The translations under genes were made by a program, and so were the position numbers. DNA of 64,000 nucleotides from an uncultured Bacteroidales bacterium (GTDB lineage: Bacteria > Bacteroidota > Bacteroidia > Bacteroidales > GCA-2748055). Under the pieces are notes generated by a model. The model searched no databases. It was given only the letters and a program-made list of their open reading frames with translations, and was not told where the DNA came from. Positions 18,269 through 26,216 of the stretch are shown piece by piece. The stretch lies in the NCBI GenBank assembly GCA_963751705.1, contig CAVVVN010000003.1, forward strand, positions 1,658,910-1,722,909, in the 5' to 3' direction. Every line of letters begins with the position of its first letter. The first letter of the stretch is position 1.

Positions 18269-18284
18269 CAAGCATTCCTGAACC

Positions 18285-18998
18285 ATGGCTTTAAAAGAAG
18301 CTCCCTCCTACCGTAGGTTGTATGAGAAGCTGCGCAGGCTGATGGAGGACGGCACTTACAAGCGAGGAGATCTGCTTCCCTCTGAAAATGAGTTGTGTGC
18401 CGCCCACCACCTGACGCGCCCTACCGTTCGTAAGGCTCTGGATATGCTGGTCAATGAAGGATTCATACTCCGGCACCAGGGACTGGGCTCCATTGTCCAG
18501 GGCCAGCCTAAAGGGATCGGGATCCTCTCGCTTACCGGAACTACTTCGGCCATCGGTGAGGATATCCTGACAACCAGGATCATTGTCAAACCAAAAATTC
18601 TAAGTTGGGATCAGGCCTTCGGCTTTGAAATAAATGACCGGGAGAAAAGTATGGGTTGTATCTATATGGAGCGCTTAAGATTGATAAACGAGCGTCCCGT
18701 ATTCTATGATATTACCATGATCCCCAACCTGAACCTTCCCAGGTTCACCGCCCGTACCTTCGAGAACCGTTCTCTCTTTGAAATTCTCCGAAAACATTAC
18801 CAGGTGGAGGTTAAAGGCGGTGAGCAGAAGATCCAGGCGATCACCGCGGATGATCGGATTCAGAAACATTTCAGGGTAAGCAGTGATCATCCCATCCTTC
18901 GGATCAACAGGAAAATTGAAACCAACCGCATGGGCTTCGCTTTTTACAGCCAGATCTATTGCAACACCGAAGAATACAGCCTTACCGGCCGCTTCTGA
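18285..18998 (+). CDS. GntR-family transcriptional regulator, HutC subfamily (wHTH + UTRA effector domain)
   Basis: N-terminal wHTH LPSENELCAAHHLTRPTVRKALDMLVNEGFILRHQGLGSIV. Its 237-aa length and C-terminal fold fit UTRA-type regulators. Divergent from the E2 operon. Confidence 0.85.
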   Translation: MALKEAPSYRRLYEKLRRLMEDGTYKRGDLLPSENELCAAHHLTRPTVRKALDMLVNEGFILRHQGLGSIVQGQPKGIGILSLTGTTSAIGEDILTTRIIVKPKILSWDQAFGFEINDREKSMGCIYMERLRLINERPVFYDITMIPNLNLPRFTARTFENRSLFEILRKHYQVEVKGGEQKIQAITADDRIQKHFRVSSDHPILRINRKIETNRMGFAFYSQIYCNTEEYSLTGRF

Positions 18999-19014
18999 AG
19001 CTCTTCCCCAAGCT

Positions 19015-20346
19015 TTACAGGGTGGGCAGTTTCCAGGGAGCGCGGTAATGGGCACGGGTAAGCTCAGCTGCATTTGCATCGCCAACGACCTCCCCTTTTT
19101 CAGCATCCCAGAAAATCTTGTGACCGGTTCTGAGCGCGATATTACCCAGCTGGGCCACCCGGGCGATATGTCCGCCTATCTCTATGCTGGCATTGGGGGT
19201 CTCCCTGGTCTTCATGCACTCCAGGAAGTTCTTTACATGCAGGTCCAGGCCACTCTCCCCTCCCTTTTTGATGAGTGGAACAGACTCCATTCGTGCATTA
19301 CCCTGGGGAGACTCGGCGATGACTTCCCAACCTTCCCGGTCCACGACCAGCGTTCCATTGTGTCCAATGAAGGCCACCCCGTGGGCCCTGCCGTAGTTCC
19401 CCTGGCCGATACCCAGTGTGGATTCCCAGATTAATCCAATGTTGTCGAACTCATAGATGGCATACTGGGTGTCCGGAGTTTCCCGGGCGTCTTCAGGAAA
19501 GGCATATTTTCCGCCCGATGACATGACAGATTTTGGCACATACTGATTCATCCCGTACAGGGCATAATCCAACAGATGCACGCCCCAGTCTGTCATCAGT
19601 CCACCGGCATAATCCCAATACCAGCGGAAGTTAAAATGAAAGCGGTTGATATTGAAAGGATGTTTGGGTGCCGGTCCAAGCCAGCTTTCATAGTCCACTC
19701 CTTCGGGAACGGGACCATCGGGCTGCACCGGGAGCATATGCTTCCAGTCCAGGTAAACCCAGGACTTCACGGTACGTATCTTTCCCAGTTTCCCGCTGTG
19801 CACAAAATCAACTGCATTTTTCCAGTGGGGATCGCTGCGCTGCCATTGTCCCACCTGTACCACGCTCCCATACTTCTTCTGGGCAGCAATCATTAAATCA
19901 ATCTCCTCGATGGAATTGGCAATGGGTTTTTCCACATAAACATCCAGTCCGGCCTGGCAGGCCTCTATCATGGGAAGGGTATGCCAGTGGTCAGGAGTCC
20001 CGATAATAACAGCATCCAGGTCCTTATGCTCAAGCAATTTGCGATAGTCCCCATAAAGTGTTGCTTTCTTACCCTGGATCTTTTCCACCTCCGCCGCACG
20101 CTGCTCCAGGATGTTCCTGTCCACATCACAGAGGGCCAGACACTCCACTCCATCCATCTTCAGAAAAGATTTCAAATCGGACATGCCCATGCCATTCAGT
20201 CCAATGGCACCAATATTTATTTTTTCATTGGCCCCCAGGATCCTGGAGGCGGCACGGGCTGTACCTGGAAGAGAACTTATGATTCCGGTTCCTGCAGCTA
20301 AAGCTGCACTCCTATGAATAAAATCTCGTCGTTTCATGGATTTCAA
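19015..20346 (-). CDS. Gfo/Idh/MocA-family oxidoreductase with twin-arginine export leader
   Basis: Leader MKSMKRRDFIHRSAALAAGTG. Rossmann motif INIGAIGLNGMG. Family motif DVYVEKP. Confidence 0.85.
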   Translation of the reverse strand: MKSMKRRDFIHRSAALAAGTGIISSLPGTARAASRILGANEKINIGAIGLNGMGMSDLKSFLKMDGVECLALCDVDRNILEQRAAEVEKIQGKKATLYGDYRKLLEHKDLDAVIIGTPDHWHTLPMIEACQAGLDVYVEKPIANSIEEIDLMIAAQKKYGSVVQVGQWQRSDPHWKNAVDFVHSGKLGKIRTVKSWVYLDWKHMLPVQPDGPVPEGVDYESWLGPAPKHPFNINRFHFNFRWYWDYAGGLMTDWGVHLLDYALYGMNQYVPKSVMSSGGKYAFPEDARETPDTQYAIYEFDNIGLIWESTLGIGQGNYGRAHGVAFIGHNGTLVVDREGWEVIAESPQGNARMESVPLIKKGGESGLDLHVKNFLECMKTRETPNASIEIGGHIARVAQLGNIALRTGHKIFWDAEKGEVVGDANAAELTRAHYRAPWKLPTL

Positions 20347-20395
20347 TTGTATTTATACGGGTCTAAATTAGCAAATAATCCGCTCATCGAATCGG

Positions 20396-21913
20396 TCAGG
20401 CGATCTCTTCCATCTCTATACCCAGAACCTCAGCTGTGGTCCTCATCTGACTGAGATAATCACCATATACCATGGAAAAGTGGTGTCCGGTTTTTCTGGC
20501 AGCCTGGAAGTATTTCACGGCATCTGAGACCTGGATGATGGCCTTCAGCTGACAGCCCCACTGGTCCAATCCTCCAACATCCTTCATTTCTCCCCTAACC
20601 ACCAACATTTTATCCATCTTCGGTGTCATCCGGCAAAAGGTCACAGGTCTACCCCGGTCTCTGGAGAAATCGTAACGAAGGGTAGCTCCCCAGTTCCGTT
20701 CTGTAAAGCTCACCATCCGGAATGGAAGATCGGCCTGATCATAACCCATCATCTTGCGGCCAGGCACGTCATGGTGAATGGAAACCAGGTTCTGTTGCCT
20801 GTCATGGACCAGTGTATTTCCCATAAATGGGGTTCTTTCAGCCAGATAGATCTGCATTGCAATGGAGAAAGTCACATTTAGGTCCGCCTCACAACCCGAA
20901 GCATACCCTTCATCCTTAAGCAAGGAGTGGGTCAGGCAGGGAGTCACTTTGTATTTCATGGGAAGACGTGATACACAGAACTCCTGGCAGGTAGCGCTGA
21001 ATGCATTACATGCATGTTTCTGCATCAATTTTTTTACGGTCAGATAATAGAATACAGAATCCTTAATGGCCTCCTCCTTCATGGTATTGCTTTCAGCTTC
21101 CCGGATCAGTTCTGAGGTGATCTTATCCGCCTCTTTCCGGAAATCCTGTTCCTGCTTCACCGCTTCAAACTCCTTCATCATTGTTGCAATGGGCAGGTAA
21201 ATGGCATCAAAACCAAATTTCTTCCGCATGATCTCCTTGTCCAGGTTGCTGCGCACCGTATTATATTCATAATCCCATTCCCCGTCGGATACCACAAGCA
21301 TCTTAGTCGCAGCAAGTGCCTTCCGTATTTTTATGGCGCGGATATAGTCCATGGCCTGTTCCATATCCAGGGCTCCATATACTTCCTTTCCCTGGGATCC
21401 GAGCCCTGCGGCCACGTCCAGGGTGGAGCAGGCATTGCCTACCATGATTATGGGCTTCTGGGTCTTATAACCCAAACCCGGTATCCTGTAGTTATTGATC
21501 AGGTATACATCCGTATCCGAATCCTGGGCCAGTATCCTGTTCCAGCTTATTTCATCGATCAGGTGATCTCCGGTATACTCCACATACTCAGGTTCCAGTA
21601 ACTTGGTAAAGGGATCCAGCAGGGATTCGGTTGCCGTTCTCCATGCCTGGAAAGAATGAAGGGCTTTTTCCTTCTCAGCTTCTCTGTCCCATCCACTGGG
21701 ATCATTGGGCCGGCAGGGCCCCTCATGTAATTCCTTTGGAATCCGGGTTCCAAAAAGGGGTTTCACATGCGCCTGCAGGTCAAGGGGTCTGGGAATATTA
21801 AATAGTTCTTCCGAAATAAGGGGCCGGGAGTAGAGGCGGCGATTGATGGTGCCAGGAACCAATAGCAGGGAGCTGGCCATTCCGGTGCTTGCCAGAAAAT
21901 CTCTTCTTTTCAT
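20396..21913 (-). CDS. TAT-exported protein of unknown function with weak FucI/AraA-type sugar-isomerase resemblance
   Basis: Leader MKRRDFLASTGMASSLL. Segments GCEADLN and TGHHFSMVYGD resemble the metal-site segments ATENDSLN and [10 protein letters not shown] of the FucI in this same window. The family assignment is tentative. Confidence 0.4.
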   Translation of the reverse strand: MKRRDFLASTGMASSLLLVPGTINRRLYSRPLISEELFNIPRPLDLQAHVKPLFGTRIPKELHEGPCRPNDPSGWDREAEKEKALHSFQAWRTATESLLDPFTKLLEPEYVEYTGDHLIDEISWNRILAQDSDTDVYLINNYRIPGLGYKTQKPIIMVGNACSTLDVAAGLGSQGKEVYGALDMEQAMDYIRAIKIRKALAATKMLVVSDGEWDYEYNTVRSNLDKEIMRKKFGFDAIYLPIATMMKEFEAVKQEQDFRKEADKITSELIREAESNTMKEEAIKDSVFYYLTVKKLMQKHACNAFSATCQEFCVSRLPMKYKVTPCLTHSLLKDEGYASGCEADLNVTFSIAMQIYLAERTPFMGNTLVHDRQQNLVSIHHDVPGRKMMGYDQADLPFRMVSFTERNWGATLRYDFSRDRGRPVTFCRMTPKMDKMLVVRGEMKDVGGLDQWGCQLKAIIQVSDAVKYFQAARKTGHHFSMVYGDYLSQMRTTAEVLGIEMEEIA

Positions 21914-22017
21914 TTCAGGTCAGATATGTAAGTTCAAATGCTATATCAAGATAAGAAAATTCCGGAACACATTTTGTGGTAAACAGGGTATTCCAAACAC
22001 CGTAAAAACCAGAAACC

Positions 22018-22689
22018 ATGATAAAAAGATACCATATACCAGCCATGCTCTTTTTCTTGATATTTACCAGCACCCTGCTGGTAGCACAGAAATCGATCTA
22101 CACCTTTCCTTTTGAAAATTCCTACAGGCTCGCTCCCATGTCTGTCTATATCAATACGGAGGAGATTGCCAATACTTACCAGATCATGGGTAACCTCTAT
22201 ACCACTGAAATCAAAGGATTAGGCAAGGAGATCATGGAGCAGACCTCCACCACCCTGGTCTCCGATGTAAAAGCAATGGATGCGATCCGCTTCCTTGAAT
22301 TCTATCTGCAGGAACAGCTGCTTGCCCAGGGGGAGGATACAAATGGTGCCCTTGAGATGAGTATTATATATTTCAATACAAGAAGCCGGTTTAACCTGGG
22401 ATCTGCTCTGAATGTCCTGACCCTGGGATTGGGAACGCTTTTTGGGATTCCCTTCTCCACAGGCATTACCGATGTAGAAGTGGAAGCCACCTTTTTTGAC
22501 AGCAGCAATCAATTCCTCACCATCCACCGCGGGGTAGGGAGATCTAAAGTACTCGAAACACTTTACAACCTGAACTATTCCAAACGAACACAACATCAGA
22601 AAGCGCTGAAAAAAGCTTTACACGATCTGAATGGAAAGATCATGGCAGATCCCATGCTGATGAACACGAAGACAGAAGCATCCTTATAA
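22018..22689 (+). CDS. hypothetical secreted protein
   Basis: 223-aa ORF with an N-terminal hydrophobic leader (PAMLFFLIFTSTLLVAQ). No motif I recognise. Confidence 0.45.
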   Translation: MIKRYHIPAMLFFLIFTSTLLVAQKSIYTFPFENSYRLAPMSVYINTEEIANTYQIMGNLYTTEIKGLGKEIMEQTSTTLVSDVKAMDAIRFLEFYLQEQLLAQGEDTNGALEMSIIYFNTRSRFNLGSALNVLTLGLGTLFGIPFSTGITDVEVEATFFDSSNQFLTIHRGVGRSKVLETLYNLNYSKRTQHQKALKKALHDLNGKIMADPMLMNTKTEASL

Positions 22690-22703
22690 ATAAGGGATCA
22701 ATA

Positions 22704-24005
22704 TTACTCCTCCACAAAAAATGGGATATTTGCAGTTGCAGATCTCCCGCCATCATCGGTGACATAAATAAAAAGTCTGTATGCCCCGGGATTTTTTGGT
22801 GCATCCAGCTCAATTTCAGCTTGCCCGACCTCCATGGATAAGAGTGTTTCAGGGGTAGTTTCATAATCTCCTCCCATACCCAGGTCAGTGCTTTCCGGCA
22901 GTACTTCCCACCGGTAGCTAAGGGGATCACCCTCGTAGTCTTTTGCCTGTACCTCGGCCTTGTAAGTATCTCCTGCCTTCAGCCTGACGTTGTCGTATGC
23001 CGTACGCTCATCCAGCACAAAGGATTCAAGCGTGGGGCAGCGATTCGCTGGCCATGCTCCTGTCCAGATATATTGCATGGCATCCACCGTTTCCGTTACA
23101 TTTCCATTGGCCAGGAACATGCCATACCAGGTAGGGGTCCGTTCCTGCTTCTGTGCCCAGAGAAATACATAGGATCCCATACAATTTACAGGATCTGACT
23201 GGATGGCAAGCTTATACCTTTCAATAAACGCCTCGGCTTTTTCCTTGCTGGTTTGCTCTATGGCCACATCCCATTCGGTTCTGGCTACTTCCCAGTGACC
23301 GGTAGCTCCCCACTCCGTGACCATATAGGGCCCTTCCCAGCCTGCATCACTGATACGTGCCTGCAGGTTTACAATATCGCCATACATCTGAATGGAGAGA
23401 AAATCAATGTCTGTGCAGTGCTCCTTCATATAATCCACTTCCCGTTTCCCAATTCCAGCTGTGGTAGTCGTCGTTGGATGATTTGGGTCGATTTCGTGGA
23501 TCATCTTAGATAGATCATTTACCGCATCATATACCTTCAGATTGGTGGCTTCGAGGTTTAATTCATTGCCTATGGCCCAGCCCAGCATAGCCGGATGATC
23601 CTTCAGTCGCTCCACCTCCCCTTTGAGGTATTCAAACTGTGTCCTGACCTGATCCGGATCATCATAGTCAAAACCGTGCCGCTCCCGGGCTACATCCAGT
23701 CCCATCAATACCATCAAACCATTTTGATGGGCACGATCAAGCACCTCCAGGGCATCTTCATTTTCATTTGTTGTACGCCAGGTTCTGAAGGAATTTCCAC
23801 CATAGCGGGCCAGGGCCTCTATATCACCAAACTCAAGTCCAGCACCATTCACATAGAATTCCTGTTTATCTACAAACAGGCGATAGTATCCCGATTCATT
23901 CTTCTTCAACTCCACCCTGGCAGCTTTACTGTTGCTGTCATTAGAACACGCGGGAAGAAGCGCTGCGATAATTGCCAATACAAGTAATTGCGATAGTCTC
24001 ATCAT
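22704..24005 (-). CDS. TIM-barrel glycoside hydrolase (clan GH-A, GH2/GH5-like catalytic domain) with C-terminal Ig-like domain, lipoprotein
   Basis: Lipobox LLPACS. NSFRTW, and AIGNELN (the acid/base NE motif context of clan GH-A). 433 aa. Confidence 0.55.
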   Translation of the reverse strand: MMRLSQLLVLAIIAALLPACSNDSNSKAARVELKKNESGYYRLFVDKQEFYVNGAGLEFGDIEALARYGGNSFRTWRTTNENEDALEVLDRAHQNGLMVLMGLDVARERHGFDYDDPDQVRTQFEYLKGEVERLKDHPAMLGWAIGNELNLEATNLKVYDAVNDLSKMIHEIDPNHPTTTTTAGIGKREVDYMKEHCTDIDFLSIQMYGDIVNLQARISDAGWEGPYMVTEWGATGHWEVARTEWDVAIEQTSKEKAEAFIERYKLAIQSDPVNCMGSYVFLWAQKQERTPTWYGMFLANGNVTETVDAMQYIWTGAWPANRCPTLESFVLDERTAYDNVRLKAGDTYKAEVQAKDYEGDPLSYRWEVLPESTDLGMGGDYETTPETLLSMEVGQAEIELDAPKNPGAYRLFIYVTDDGGRSATANIPFFVEE

Positions 24006-24034
24006 ATCTATAGTCTATGTTTAACAAGAAATCT

Positions 24035-24634
24035 TTATAGCTCCCGGACTATAATATTCCTGAACTTCACCGACATATGCACTCCACCATGGAGCTGCAG
24101 GCCAAGAGGGCCCTCATCAACCAGGGCGATGCCGGTATAGTCAACCATGGGCTCACCGTTCAGAAAGGTTCTAATGCGCTTCCCTGTGACCAGCACCTTC
24201 AGGTGGTTCCACTCTCCCACCTTGTGGATTCCAGCTACTTTATCTGTCTGCCCGGGATAGCTGCCTTGCTCGTCTTTGGGCGCATAGATGCAGGCAGTCA
24301 TATCCTTTTGAAGGGATCTGGAGATTCCAATCTGCACCTGGTGGGTCAGGCCTCTAATAAAAATGCCTGTATCATAATCATCCGTCAGGGTGATATAATC
24401 CAACTCAACTTCAAAATCTCCAAACTCCTGTTTGGTCCACAGGATGGACCCTTGCTCCGTTGGATTCTCTCCCAGCAGTTCGCCGGCCACCGCTTTCCAG
24501 TCTACTGCCTGTTCCAGGGGATCGCACTCCCACCCTTCCAGGCTCTTACCGTCAAAAAGGCTTATGGATGAATCACATCCGGAAACCATCAAACCAATTG
24601 CCAGCAAAAGAGCCAGCTTTTTTATCGCTTTCAT
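24035..24634 (-). CDS. DUF1080 / 3-keto-disaccharide-hydrolase-family protein, lipoprotein
   Basis: Lipobox MVSGCD. N-terminal LFDGKSLEGWE and C-terminal GPLGLQLHGG..VKFRNIIV are hallmarks of this concanavalin-like family. Confidence 0.8.
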   Translation of the reverse strand: MKAIKKLALLLAIGLMVSGCDSSISLFDGKSLEGWECDPLEQAVDWKAVAGELLGENPTEQGSILWTKQEFGDFEVELDYITLTDDYDTGIFIRGLTHQVQIGISRSLQKDMTACIYAPKDEQGSYPGQTDKVAGIHKVGEWNHLKVLVTGKRIRTFLNGEPMVDYTGIALVDEGPLGLQLHGGVHMSVKFRNIIVREL

Positions 24635-24650
24635 ACAATATATTTTTTAG

Positions 24651-26030
24651 TTAAACTTCTTTGGGGATGACATAAGGATGCCTGTATTTCCTGGTCAGCA
24701 ACATATTGGCCTCCTGATTGTCTATAAACTTCTCGAATTCGCCGTTAAATTCCAGGGTTTCTCCTACCCGGTAGGCAATGTTGCCCAGATGGGGAAGACA
24801 GGTGGATATATGACCTTCCAGAATATCGCAGGTCAGATCAGAGCGTTTTCCCGATTTCAAAGCTGCGATGAAGTTGGAAAAATGACCGCCTCCACCCGGA
24901 GCAGCCCTGAAACTTTTATCCCCGCCAACAGCTGCGTCCCCGGCGTCCATGCCAGATCCGGCAAAGGCTTCCTCCTCGCGCTGCCGGTAGGCCCTCCACC
25001 GTGAGCCATTGATCTCCATCCATCCTTCGGTTCCGTAGAACAGGTTTCCTATCCTTACCCCGGAAGGAGCTTCACTGTTGGTATATCTTCCACGGGTCTC
25101 AAATTCCAGAATTTTTCCATCCTCGTATTCAAATATGGAGGTCTGGGTGTTGGGGGTTTCCTGTGAACACTCCGCAGGGGAGATTCCAAAAATGCCTCCC
25201 ATGGATTGTACTTTTACCGGGTGCACCTTCTTCCCTAATCCCCAGCGAGCAATATCAAACTGGTGGGGGCCCTGGTTGCCTGTATCCCCGTTGCCGGTAT
25301 TCCAGTGCCAGTGCCAGTTGTAATGTCCCCTCTTTTCATTGTATGGACGGTAGGCGGCCGGTCCCAGCCACATATCGTAGTTAAGGCTTGCCGGTGCCTC
25401 ACTATCAGGTGAAATTCCAAATGAATCTCTCGGTTTGAAGCAGGTCCCCCGAGCCATAAACACCTCCCCAATACCCCCCCGATGCAGAAAATCCATGGCC
25501 TGCATCACGTTGGAAATGGAACGGTTCTGAAAACCTACCTGCACCAGGCGCTGATATTTCCTGGCTGCTTCCACCATCTTTCTGCCTTCCCAGATATTAT
25601 GGGAACTTGGTTTCTCCACATAGACATGTTTCCCCGCCTGGCAGGCCCAGACAGTTCCCAGAGCGTGCCAGTGGTTGGGGGTTGCCATAGCCACGGCATC
25701 AATTTCCTGATCTTCAAATATCCTGCGTAGATCCTGCACTGCATCAGGTCTGTTTCCCTCCTGATTCTCAGCTACCAGTTTCCTGGAGGATTCATGGTAC
25801 TGGGTGTCCACATCACATACCGTTTTAATGTTGACCCCTTCCCCGTACATGAGTGAAAATCCCTCCATCAGGTTCCTGCCGCGTCCCCTGAGGCCAATGA
25901 CTCCCAGATTGATCCGGTCGTTTGCGCCAAGAATACGACCATATGATTTTGCCGACATGGCGGTCAATCCCACTGAAACTCCGGCTGCTCCAATGGCTGT
26001 TTTTTTAATAAAAGTTCTTCTGTTTTCCAT
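24651..26030 (-). CDS. Gfo/Idh/MocA-family oxidoreductase with twin-arginine export leader
   Basis: Leader MENRRTFIKKTAIGAAGVSVG. Rossmann motif INLGVIGLRGRG. Family motif HVYVEKP. Confidence 0.85.
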   Translation of the reverse strand: MENRRTFIKKTAIGAAGVSVGLTAMSAKSYGRILGANDRINLGVIGLRGRGRNLMEGFSLMYGEGVNIKTVCDVDTQYHESSRKLVAENQEGNRPDAVQDLRRIFEDQEIDAVAMATPNHWHALGTVWACQAGKHVYVEKPSSHNIWEGRKMVEAARKYQRLVQVGFQNRSISNVMQAMDFLHRGGIGEVFMARGTCFKPRDSFGISPDSEAPASLNYDMWLGPAAYRPYNEKRGHYNWHWHWNTGNGDTGNQGPHQFDIARWGLGKKVHPVKVQSMGGIFGISPAECSQETPNTQTSIFEYEDGKILEFETRGRYTNSEAPSGVRIGNLFYGTEGWMEINGSRWRAYRQREEEAFAGSGMDAGDAAVGGDKSFRAAPGGGGHFSNFIAALKSGKRSDLTCDILEGHISTCLPHLGNIAYRVGETLEFNGEFEKFIDNQEANMLLTRKYRHPYVIPKEV

Positions 26031-26216
26031 GATTATTCTGTTGGTCTGTTATGTAGGTAGTTGTTAATCAAAACTAAGCCTAAAGATAAAGAATGCAAAA
26101 GGAAATTCACTACGCTGCTTGCTTTCTTCCGGATTCAGACCGGACTTTTCATGGACTATTTTGTATATTTAGTTTCCTTTTTTTCCTATGAACCCATTCA
26201 CTCAGCATTTTCTTCC

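Noticed and set aside
26061-26216. N-terminal extension of 52 codons on the second sulfatase, as given by the ORF track
   Set aside because: The extension (MLIKTKPKDKECKRK...) precedes an obvious signal peptide that begins at the ATG pair 26217/26223, and it overlaps the likely promoter region. The shorter start is preferred.
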